A DNA stretch of 64,000 nt from Hydrurus foetidus. Lineage: Eukaryota. How positions within the stretch are numbered: position 1 is the first letter of the stretch; each line of letters starts with the position of its first letter. The notes beneath the pieces were generated by a model. The model worked only from the letters and a program-made list of their open reading frames with translations, ran no database searches and was not told the origin of the DNA. Below, in pieces: positions 51,178-60,749 of this stretch. The DNA lies in contig UYFQ01000023.1 of NCBI GenBank assembly GCA_900617105.1, forward strand, positions 310,001 through 374,000. Direction: 5' to 3'. Both the position numbers and the translations under genes were made by a program.

Positions 51178-52622
51178 AGAATTTTGAACGAGCCAGGGGT
51201 AGGCGCAGGCGTGATCGAATCAATCGGGCGACCAGCGTAGTGCTTGTGGATGCCACGAATCCAGTCGCGTGCACGCAAATTCAGCTTGAAGTCGTCGTTC
51301 ATCGAGCGCCCACGGGTGATCAAAATACCTAAATCAGCACCTTCGTAGCGGTAATCACCAGGGCCGGTGATGCGCAAGAAGAAGGCTTCGCGCTCAGAAT
51401 CAATCGCTTGGCGGTTGTAGTCAAAACGGTTGTAGCTGACGGAGCCGTCTTCGGCCATGCGGTAGATGCCGGTGGCGGGCGCGTGGGTCACGCGGTCCAC
51501 ATTGGCACCGGTGTATTTGATGACGACTTGCGACCATGAATCGATGAATTCAGGCTGTGCCCAACGCTCGTTCAACTCTCGCACGTTCAAATCAAACGGT
51601 ACACCCGAAAACTCCAACAGGTGAAACATGAAAAGCGGCGCATCAGCATAGGCAAACGCGGCGTGGTTGGTCATGGGGCTGGCACCGCAGATGCGGGGAT
51701 TCAGCTCGCCCAAATAGACTTCGCCGGTGTCCACGTCGATCAAGAAATCAAGATCGAAATAGCCCCGGTAGCCCTCTTCGAGCAATTGGTTGCCAAAGCG
51801 GAACGCCATGTCACGCGCCTTGGCACGCACTTCGTCGCTGAACGCACCGGGGAACACCTCGTTGCCGCACCAGCCGCCACGGTAAGGCGTGAGTTCTTTG
51901 GCCCCCACCACTTCCGTCAACAGCGAGCCGACCAGCGTGCCCGACTGCGTGGCGCACGCCTCCAGGGTGGCACCTCGGCAGTTGATGCGCTTCATAATCT
52001 TGACTTCGTTTTCTTTCTCGATCTCTTCTTTGTGCTTGTTGTAGTCTTCTTCGTTGGCAATAAAGAACGTGGTGTGGCCGGAATCACCAAACGCGGTTTG
52101 CACCACCAGATCGTGGCCCAGCTTGGTGCGCTCGCAGATTTGGCGCAAATCGGCGTAGCTGGCAACTTTTTCAAGCGCATTGGGCACCGACTGCACACCG
52201 GCTTTGTTGCCGATGCGCACAGTTTCCATTTTGTTGTCGCAGCGGCTGCGAAGCTTGGCGGGCGGGAACCACACGTCCATGCCGATGTCTTTGGCCAGCT
52301 CTTCGGTCTTCTCGTCGAACATCAAGAAGGTAGCGACAGGCTTGCCACCACGGCGCTCGATGTGGTCTACAACATCTTTGTGTTGCAGCATGTAGTTGTT
52401 GATGTCCTCAATGCCGGTGAACTCGTCGTGCGGCGTTTCATTGGGCACGAAAACATTGGGGTGACGGCCATCAAAGCAGTCGATGTAGTTGATGTAGCTG
52501 AAGCGGTTGATCCACTGGTCCAAGCCCATCAAATTGAAATTGGTCGCGCTGATGAAGTAAATCGGGCGCTCATTGCGGTGGAAATGCAGGCGCATGTCCG
52601 AGATATTGCGAATTTTTTGCAT
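51174..52622 (-). CDS. ATP-grasp fold enzyme of unknown specificity (often auto-labelled biotin carboxylase)
   Basis: DNK, VVQTAFGDSGHTTFF, GYFDLDF and YLGELNPR ATP-grasp motifs. No BCCP or carboxyltransferase gene nearby. Confidence 0.8.
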   Translation of the reverse strand: MQKIRNISDMRLHFHRNERPIYFISATNFNLMGLDQWINRFSYINYIDCFDGRHPNVFVPNETPHDEFTGIEDINNYMLQHKDVVDHIERRGGKPVATFLMFDEKTEELAKDIGMDVWFPPAKLRSRCDNKMETVRIGNKAGVQSVPNALEKVASYADLRQICERTKLGHDLVVQTAFGDSGHTTFFIANEEDYNKHKEEIEKENEVKIMKRINCRGATLEACATQSGTLVGSLLTEVVGAKELTPYRGGWCGNEVFPGAFSDEVRAKARDMAFRFGNQLLEEGYRGYFDLDFLIDVDTGEVYLGELNPRICGASPMTNHAAFAYADAPLFMFHLLEFSGVPFDLNVRELNERWAQPEFIDSWSQVVIKYTGANVDRVTHAPATGIYRMAEDGSVSYNRFDYNRQAIDSEREAFFLRITGPGDYRYEGADLGILITRGRSMNDDFKLNLRARDWIRGIHKHYAGRPIDSITPAPTPGSFKIL

Positions 52623-52689
52623 GGTGTTTGTCTCCAGTGTCGTTGTCGATTTATCCGTCGAAAAGCTAGCTAAGGGCGCGATTCACGAG

Positions 52690-52765
52690 GTTGCCGCAGC
52701 TCGGCTATGCCGAGTTGCTGGCAACGCCCCCTTGAGGGGGAGGCGCAAAGCGCCTCGGGGGTGGG
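52690..52765. repeat. GC-rich triple-hairpin intergenic element (REP-like)
   Basis: GTTGCCGCAGCTCGGC-TAT-GCCGAGTTGCTGGCAAC, CCCCC-TTGA-GGGGG and GAGGCGC-AAA-GCGCCTC in tandem. Confidence 0.6.
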
Positions 52766-53875
<1,110 letters not shown>

Positions 53876-53893
53876 TCAACTCAAACACAACCC

Positions 53894-56719
53894 TTAGCGT
53901 TTCTTTTTGCCCGCTTTGGGTTCATTCCCGATAGCAATAGCCGCGCCAGAGTTCTCAAAACCCATTGCCGATTGCAAAGCCGCTTCGGTGTAAATACGGA
54001 AACCTAATTCAGGCCGATAGCCGTGGATTTCTTTCACATCCAGGGCTTCCATGAACTCCAAAATTTCGCGGCTCACCACCTGTCCGGGCACCAAAATAGG
54101 GAAGCCTGGGGGGTACGGGATCACAAACAACGCCGACACCACATCACGCCCAGCGGCAATCGCCTGCGCCGATTCGCGCATCGTGAGGTACTCGCAATTC
54201 ACCTCGTTGTACGACATGAAGAAAGCTTTGCGGATATCGCCTTCTGGCGTGATGGCCTCGCCACCGCCGTGGCGGAAAGCGGCGTGAAAGCGCGAAAAAT
54301 CAGGCAGCGGTGGCAAATCTTTGGTCAACGAAGTGATGCGTTTTTCATGCAAGCGGCGCTCGATAGCGCTCAAATCGGCGGTGTTTTCTTCCACCTCTTG
54401 GGCGATCTTGATGAGCACTTCCAGCAGGTAAGCCACCGAGCTGCGCGTGGTGCCGATGTTCGTCATGAACAGCACAGTGTTGCGCGAGGTCTTGTTGATC
54501 TGGATGCCGTACTTGTCCATCAAGTACTTGTTTTTGAACGTGTCGCCGTCGATGCCCGCAGCCCCAATCGCCAGCGTGAGGCGGGTGGGGTCGAGGGCGA
54601 AATCGTCGGTGCGCCACGCGGCTTCCATGTTTTCCCAGCCGGTGTCGGTGTTGTAGTAAGCCTCGATACCCGACGGGCGGTACTGTGTCGGCACGATGTC
54701 GGCCACGGTCAGCACGCGGAAGTATTTTTTCAACAACGGGTGGGTGGTGATGCGCAGGCGCACGCTCATGGCCAAGTCGATTTGGCGCTGCACGAGCTCG
54801 TAGCCTTCCAGCTCCACCTGACGGCGACCAATGTCCAGCGAGGCCAAAATTTGGTAATTCGGCGAGGTGGAAGTGTGCGTCATGTAGGCTTCGTGGAAGG
54901 CTTCTTCGGCCTTGTCTTTAAAGTCCTGGTCCCACACCAAGATCATCGAGCCTTGGCGCAACGCGGTCAGCGTTTTGTGGGTGGACTGCGTGGCGTAGAC
55001 ACGGATGCGCACCTTGGCTGGGTCGGGCTTTAAGTGGGTATGCAACACGCGCTCGTCGTCGTCCCAAGCCGCATCGTCAAAGGTGCTGGTGAAGGCGGCG
55101 TACTCGTCTTTCGCATACGCGGCGCTCGAATAGCGCTGGCGCAGGCGGGCCGCGCTGGCCATGCCGGTGCGGCGGCGGTAGGTGGGGTGGAAACGGGCAA
55201 AAGCGAACCAGGCTTCGTCCCACAAAAACACCAAATCCGGCTTGATGGCCAAGCACTCTTCCATCACGCGCTCAACGTCGTACACCACTCCGTCAAACGT
55301 GCAGTTGGTGAGCAGCACCATCTTGACGCGATCGAGTTCACCGGCACGCTTTAAGCGCAGCAAATTGCGTTTGATTTCGATCAGCGGCACGGCACCGTAC
55401 ATCGAGTATTCGTTGAGCGGGTAGCTGTCCAGGTACACCACATGCGCACCGCCCAGCACCATGCCGTAGTGGTGCGATTTGTGGCAGTTGCGGTCAACCA
55501 GCACAATGTCGCCAGGCTGCACCATCGCTTGCACCACCACCTTGTTGCAGGTGGACGTGCCGTTGGTGGCGAAGTACGCACGGCGGGCACCGAAAGCACG
55601 GGCGGCGTACTCTTGGGCCACCTTCAGCGGGCCAACAGGGTCAAGCAATGAATCCAAACCGCCCGAGGTGGCCGAGGTTTCCGCCATGAACAAATTCAGA
55701 CCGTAAAACTGCGCCATGTCCTGAATCCAGTTGGAATTCAAAATGGACTTGCCACGTGCAATCGGCAGCGCATGGAACACACCAGTGGGCTGCTTGGAAT
55801 ACTCTTTCAGTGCCGTGAAAAACGGTGTGCGGTAACGCTCGCCGACACCGCGCATGATGGACATGTACAACTCGGTGTGGTCTTCTTCGCGGAAGAAAAT
55901 CCGCTGAAAAATCTCGCCCACACGGGATGCCACTTCTTCGGCCTTCACGTCCGTCACCAAGAACAAATCCAGCTCAGGGCGCAGTTCAGCAATGCGCGCA
56001 CCCAACAACGGGCCACGCTCGGATTCCAGGCTGCACTCGATGGATTCGTCGACGCCTTCCAAAAATTTGCGCAACACATCGAGCTGGAAGCGTGATTTGA
56101 ACGGGAAGCCGTGGCGAATCACCACAGCTTGCAGATTGAAGTTGAACAACACTGCAATCAGCGCGTCTTCGAACGTGGGCACCACCACCACGCTGAAGAT
56201 GAAGTCGTCGTCCGGGCGGCGTTTTTTCTCGACGCGGCGGTGCAGGGCTTCTTCTTCCTCTTTGCTCAGGTCATCGACGATGAGCACTTCAAAGTAGGGG
56301 CGCTCGATTTGTGCGTTCAACTCGTCTTCGGTGTCGATCAACGAAGGGGTTTCGGCATCCGCTTCCAGCGACAGCGCGGTGTGGCGGTAGCTGTTGTTGG
56401 ACAGCATGCGGTTGATGCGCTTGACGGCCAAATGCAGCTGGCGGTAGTCCCCTGTGTGAAACCAGCCAATCACCTCGTCAAACAAGCGCCGCCCAGGGAA
56501 GGCCCAAAAACTCTCGATGGGCGTGAGTCGCTCCAGCGTGACCGCAATACGGGCTTGACGGTCAATGAACTCATTGGATTCACGGGGCAAATCGACCAAA
56601 CGGCCCAAATCGTCGTTGAGCGAAATCCAGGAATCAGAGCGCATTTCCCAGACGCTCAAATGCTGGTTGAGCGACAAGGCTTGGGTGGCCGGTGGGGTGA
56701 TGGCAGGTAGGGTGGTCAT
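53894..56719 (-). CDS. Large PLP-dependent amino acid decarboxylase (Orn/Lys/Arg decarboxylase fold) with extended N-terminus
   Basis: NGTSTCNK, DRNCHKSHH, WDEAWF, QSTHKTL (PLP lysine), TSTSPNY and PYPPGFPILVPG motifs. Confidence 0.88.
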   Translation of the reverse strand: MTTLPAITPPATQALSLNQHLSVWEMRSDSWISLNDDLGRLVDLPRESNEFIDRQARIAVTLERLTPIESFWAFPGRRLFDEVIGWFHTGDYRQLHLAVKRINRMLSNNSYRHTALSLEADAETPSLIDTEDELNAQIERPYFEVLIVDDLSKEEEEALHRRVEKKRRPDDDFIFSVVVVPTFEDALIAVLFNFNLQAVVIRHGFPFKSRFQLDVLRKFLEGVDESIECSLESERGPLLGARIAELRPELDLFLVTDVKAEEVASRVGEIFQRIFFREEDHTELYMSIMRGVGERYRTPFFTALKEYSKQPTGVFHALPIARGKSILNSNWIQDMAQFYGLNLFMAETSATSGGLDSLLDPVGPLKVAQEYAARAFGARRAYFATNGTSTCNKVVVQAMVQPGDIVLVDRNCHKSHHYGMVLGGAHVVYLDSYPLNEYSMYGAVPLIEIKRNLLRLKRAGELDRVKMVLLTNCTFDGVVYDVERVMEECLAIKPDLVFLWDEAWFAFARFHPTYRRRTGMASAARLRQRYSSAAYAKDEYAAFTSTFDDAAWDDDERVLHTHLKPDPAKVRIRVYATQSTHKTLTALRQGSMILVWDQDFKDKAEEAFHEAYMTHTSTSPNYQILASLDIGRRQVELEGYELVQRQIDLAMSVRLRITTHPLLKKYFRVLTVADIVPTQYRPSGIEAYYNTDTGWENMEAAWRTDDFALDPTRLTLAIGAAGIDGDTFKNKYLMDKYGIQINKTSRNTVLFMTNIGTTRSSVAYLLEVLIKIAQEVEENTADLSAIERRLHEKRITSLTKDLPPLPDFSRFHAAFRHGGGEAITPEGDIRKAFFMSYNEVNCEYLTMRESAQAIAAGRDVVSALFVIPYPPGFPILVPGQVVSREILEFMEALDVKEIHGYRPELGFRIYTEAALQSAMGFENSGAAIAIGNEPKAGKKKR

Positions 56720-56839
56720 GGAACGTGTCTCGGTGGTTGTGGTGTGGCTGCAAGGCCACGGTTTAATTTGCTTCTTTTTTTATAGCAGTCATCACCCACC
56801 AGATAAGATCTTAGGGGTGTTTTTTACACTTACTTTGGG

Positions 56840-57778
56840 CTACATCGGGCCACTCGGGCCGCTCACGGCATCGCCAGCAGCGCCCAAACGATCTCCCGGT
56901 TTGACCAAGGGGCCTAACGCGGCCAGCACACCGTCACCACTGCGGTCGGGTGCGTAGACGGGGAAATCCACCTCACGGTCACGGAAGCTTTTGAGCACTT
57001 GGCCCAAGCCACGCAGACCGCGTTCGCGTTCGCGGCGAATCTTGGCAAAGTCAATTTCAACGGGGATGATTTGCGCCTCACCGGCGGCTTCATGCACGGT
57101 GTAGCCCGCGCTGTCCACCACGATGGAGCGGCCACAGCCGCCGTCCGCCACGCCGTTGATGTCGATGAAATAAACCTGATTGGTGGCCGCAGAAGCCTTC
57201 ACGATGGCCAGCTCAATGTCGCGGTCAATCGTGTCCGTCATCGTGGGGTGCAAGATCACCTCAGCGCCCATTGCCACCATCTGCCGGGTGGTCTCGGGGA
57301 ACCACATGTCGTAGCAAATTGAAACGCCAAAGCGGCCAGCGCCCGGCACGTCAAACACCACAAACTCGGTGCCTGCCGCAATGCCTTTTTCGTAAGGGCG
57401 GAACGGGAACAGCTTGCGAAAACGCGCAACCACCTCGCCTTGCGGGTTGATGACGGGCGTGGTGTTGTACACCTTGTCACCCACGCGCTCAAACAGCGAT
57501 CCAGGGATCAGCCACAGGCCGGTGCTTTTGGCGATGTCGCACAAACGGGCCTCAGCGTCACCGGGCAACGCTTGCGCGAAGCTGGGGCTGGGGCCAAACA
57601 CCGCCAGCTCCGAAAACAGCAGCATGTTGACCCAAGGGAAACGCTTGTTCACATGCTGGGCGTAAGCCGCCATCGTGGCGATGTTGTCACCATGCGCCGA
57701 CACCGCCATTTGGATACCCGCGACGGCAAAGGGAGCCGACGCAGAAGTCAAAGCAGCAGTCAGAGGCATCTCTTGCAT
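56840..57778 (-). CDS. Carbon-nitrogen hydrolase (nitrilase superfamily amidase)
   Basis: Catalytic triad FSEL / FRKLFP / ICYD; TGATG overlap with the gabD stop. Confidence 0.88.
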   Translation of the reverse strand: MQEMPLTAALTSASAPFAVAGIQMAVSAHGDNIATMAAYAQHVNKRFPWVNMLLFSELAVFGPSPSFAQALPGDAEARLCDIAKSTGLWLIPGSLFERVGDKVYNTTPVINPQGEVVARFRKLFPFRPYEKGIAAGTEFVVFDVPGAGRFGVSICYDMWFPETTRQMVAMGAEVILHPTMTDTIDRDIELAIVKASAATNQVYFIDINGVADGGCGRSIVVDSAGYTVHEAAGEAQIIPVEIDFAKIRRERERGLRGLGQVLKSFRDREVDFPVYAPDRSGDGVLAALGPLVKPGDRLGAAGDAVSGPSGPM

Positions 57779-59241
57779 CACTTGTCCAACCCCGCCATGC
57801 ACAGGTACTTGACTTCCATGTAGTCGTCCATGCCGTACTTGGAACCTTCGCGGCCCAGGCCGGACTGCTTCATGCCGCCAAAGGGCGCTTCAGCGGTGGA
57901 AATCAGCCCGGTGTTGATGCCGACCATGCCGTATTCCAACGCTTCACCGACGCGCCAGATGCGGCCAATGTCACGCGAGTAGAAGTAGGATGCGAGGCCG
58001 AATTCGGTGTCGTTGGCGCGTTCCACCACTTCGTCTTCGGTATCGAAGATGAACACGGGGGCCAGCGGGCCGAAAGTTTCTTCGCGGGCCACCAGCATGT
58101 CGCGGGTGGCGTTGCCAATCACGGTGGGTTCGAAGAAGCTGTGGCCCAGCGCGTGGCGCTTGCCACCGGCGAGCAATTTGCCGCCCTTGGCGAGTGCGTC
58201 GGCAATGTGCTCTTCGATTTTGGCGACGGCGTTCATGTCGATCAGCGGGCCTTGGGTCATGCCCGCTTCAACGCCGTTACCGACTTGGAGCGCGTTGACT
58301 TTGGCGACCAGCTTGGCCGTGAAAGCCTCAGCCACACCGCGCTGCACGTAAATACGGTTGGCGCAGACGCAGGTTTGGCCGGTGTTGCGGTACTTGGAAA
58401 TCATCGCGCCTTCGACAGCCGCATCCAGATCGGCATCGTCAAACACGATGAACGGTGCGTTGCCGCCCAGCTCGAACGACACCTTTTTGATGGTGTCCGC
58501 GCACTGGCGCATCAGCAGCTTGCCCACCTCGGTGGAGCCGGTGAAAGTCAGCTTGCGCACGATGGGGTTGGCAGTCATCTCTGCACCGATGTCGCGAGCG
58601 GAACCCGTCAACACCGACACCAAACCGTCTGGCAAACCGGCACGGGTACACAGCTCTGCAAAGGCCAATGCTGAGTACGGCGTTTGTAACGCGGGCTTGA
58701 CGACCATCGCGCAACCCGCTGCCAGCGCTGGGCCAACTTTGCGGGTCATCATGGCGGTGGGGAAGTTCCACGGCGTGATGGCGGCGCACACGCCCACAGG
58801 CTCTTTGACCACCACGATGCGGCGGTCGCCCATGGGCGCGGGAATGGTTTCACCGTAAACGCGGCGGGCTTCTTCGGCGAACCACTCGATGAACGAGGCG
58901 GCGTAGACGATTTCGCCCGCAGCTTCAGCCAAGGGCTTGCCCTGCTCGCTGGTCATGATGAGGGCCAAGTCGTCTTTGTTGGCGTGCATCAGTGCGGCGA
59001 GCTTTTGCAGCACGGCAGCGCGTTCTTTGGCTGTCTTTTTGCGCCAGAGTTTTTGGGCCTTTTCAGCAGCCGCAATGGCACGGTGGGTTTCTGCGCCACC
59101 CATGCGGGGCACGGTGCCGATGACTTCACCGGTGGCAGGGTTGGTGACGAGGCAGGTTTCGCCGTTGTCAGCGTCACACCAAACGCCGGCGATGTAGGCT
59201 TGCTGGCGGAAGAGCGAGGGGTCTTTGAGCGTTAAGGTCAT
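57778..59241 (-). CDS. gabD: Succinate-semialdehyde dehydrogenase (NAD(P)+)
   Basis: ITPWNFP, FTGST, ELGGNAP, GQTCVC and EETFGP motifs; adjacent to gabT. Confidence 0.93.
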   Translation of the reverse strand: MTLTLKDPSLFRQQAYIAGVWCDADNGETCLVTNPATGEVIGTVPRMGGAETHRAIAAAEKAQKLWRKKTAKERAAVLQKLAALMHANKDDLALIMTSEQGKPLAEAAGEIVYAASFIEWFAEEARRVYGETIPAPMGDRRIVVVKEPVGVCAAITPWNFPTAMMTRKVGPALAAGCAMVVKPALQTPYSALAFAELCTRAGLPDGLVSVLTGSARDIGAEMTANPIVRKLTFTGSTEVGKLLMRQCADTIKKVSFELGGNAPFIVFDDADLDAAVEGAMISKYRNTGQTCVCANRIYVQRGVAEAFTAKLVAKVNALQVGNGVEAGMTQGPLIDMNAVAKIEEHIADALAKGGKLLAGGKRHALGHSFFEPTVIGNATRDMLVAREETFGPLAPVFIFDTEDEVVERANDTEFGLASYFYSRDIGRIWRVGEALEYGMVGINTGLISTAEAPFGGMKQSGLGREGSKYGMDDYMEVKYLCMAGLDK

Positions 59242-59283
59242 GGTTTTTTACGGTTGTGTAGGACGAACAGGTAGAGGGCCAAC

Positions 59284-60588
59284 TTAATCTTGCATCGCAG
59301 CGCGCAAGATCGTCAAACCTTCGTCCAGCACAGCGTCTTGGATCGTCAAGGGGAACAAGAAACGGATCACGTTGCCATAGACACCGCAGGTCAGCAGCAG
59401 CAGACCTTGGGCCAGCGCGCGGGCTTGCACTTGCTTGGTGAAATCGGCATCGGGTTCATGGGTGCCGGGTTTGCAGAATTCCACAGCCACCATCGCGCCC
59501 AGGCCGCGCACATCGGCAATGCGGGGTTGCGTGGCCTTCGCGGCATTCATCGCGGATTTCAGCTTGGCGCCCAGCACGTTGGCGCGAGCGACCAAGCCTT
59601 CTTCTTCAATCACATCCAGCACAGCATGGGCGGAGGCCACGGCCAGGGCGTTACCGGCGTAAGTGCCGCCCAAACCGCCGGGCAGCGGGGCATCCATGAT
59701 TTCAGCGCGGCCACACACGCCAGACAGCGGCATGCCACCGGCCAAGCTTTTGGCCATCGTCATCAAATCGGGCAGCACGTCGTAGTGCTCCATCGCGAAC
59801 ATCTTGCCGGTACGGGCAAAACCGGTTTGCACTTCGTCAGCGATCAGCAAAATACCGTTGGCATCGCAAATTTTGCGCAGCTCGCGCATGAATTCGAGCG
59901 GGATGTCGTAAAAACCGCCCTCGCCTTGCACAGGTTCCAAAATGAAAGCGGCGACTTGCTTAGGGTCGATATCGCACTTGAACAGGTGCTGAATGGCGGC
60001 CAAGCTTTGTTCCGAGGTCACGCCGTGCAAAGGAATGGGCGCGGGGATGTGGTAAATCGAGCCGGGGAAAGGGCCAAAGCCTACCTTGTAGGGCACCACC
60101 TTGCCCGTCAGTGCCATGCCCATGAAGGTGCGGCCATGGAACGCGCCTGACAGCGCAATCACGCCAGGGCGGCCGGTGGCAGCGCGGGCGATTTTGATGG
60201 CGTTTTCAACCGCTTCTGCACCGGTGGTGAAAAACGCGGTTTTCTTGGCGTGGCTGCCAGGGGTCAGCGCGTTGATGCGCTCAGCCAAGGCCACGTAGGA
60301 TTCGTAAGGCACCACCTGGTAAGCGGTGTGGGTGAAATGCTCCAACTGCGCCTGCATGGCGGCAACCAGCTTGGGGTGGCGGTGCCCAGTGTTGAGCACA
60401 GCGATGCCAGAGCCAAAGTCGATATAGCGGTTGCCCTCAACATCCCACAGCTCGCTGTTGAGCGCACGTTCGCAATAGAACGGGGCCATCACGCCGACAC
60501 CACGGGGGGTGGCGGCATCTTTGCGAGCTCGCAGATCGGCGTTGGTGAGTGTGGTGGGCGTGCTCAGAGGGCTGGTGTCGCGGCGCAT
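59284..60588 (-). CDS. gabT: 4-aminobutyrate--2-oxoglutarate transaminase
   Basis: TGAEAVENA, EPVQGEGGF, DEVQTGFAR, MAKSLAGG and GGTYAGN motifs; AGGAG ribosome-binding site. Confidence 0.93.
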   Translation of the reverse strand: MRRDTSPLSTPTTLTNADLRARKDAATPRGVGVMAPFYCERALNSELWDVEGNRYIDFGSGIAVLNTGHRHPKLVAAMQAQLEHFTHTAYQVVPYESYVALAERINALTPGSHAKKTAFFTTGAEAVENAIKIARAATGRPGVIALSGAFHGRTFMGMALTGKVVPYKVGFGPFPGSIYHIPAPIPLHGVTSEQSLAAIQHLFKCDIDPKQVAAFILEPVQGEGGFYDIPLEFMRELRKICDANGILLIADEVQTGFARTGKMFAMEHYDVLPDLMTMAKSLAGGMPLSGVCGRAEIMDAPLPGGLGGTYAGNALAVASAHAVLDVIEEEGLVARANVLGAKLKSAMNAAKATQPRIADVRGLGAMVAVEFCKPGTHEPDADFTKQVQARALAQGLLLLTCGVYGNVIRFLFPLTIQDAVLDEGLTILRAAMQD

Positions 60589-60635
60589 ATAGGAATCTCC
60601 TGATTTAACAAATTAACCACCACTGACACAAGGTC

Positions 60636-60713
60636 ATTGGCTTGTTATAAAAATGTTACCTCTTTATTGGCACTATCGTATAGCTCCATTTTTTAATTTA
60701 CGATAGAGCCAAT
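60636..60713. promoter_or_regulatory. Candidate MocR/GabR operator
   Basis: ATTGGCACTATCGTA (60666-80) and TACGATAGAGCCAAT (60699-713) form a 14/15 inverted repeat; an extra direct ATTGGC lies at 60636. Confidence 0.65.
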
Positions 60714-60749
60714 TCATTTCGATGCCATCTGTGCATCCCTTTATGCCGT

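Noticed and set aside
51174..52622. Calling the ATP-grasp a true biotin carboxylase (accC)
   Set aside because: It lacks the AccC ANRGEIA and GYGFLSEN motifs and has no accB or carboxyltransferase neighbour.
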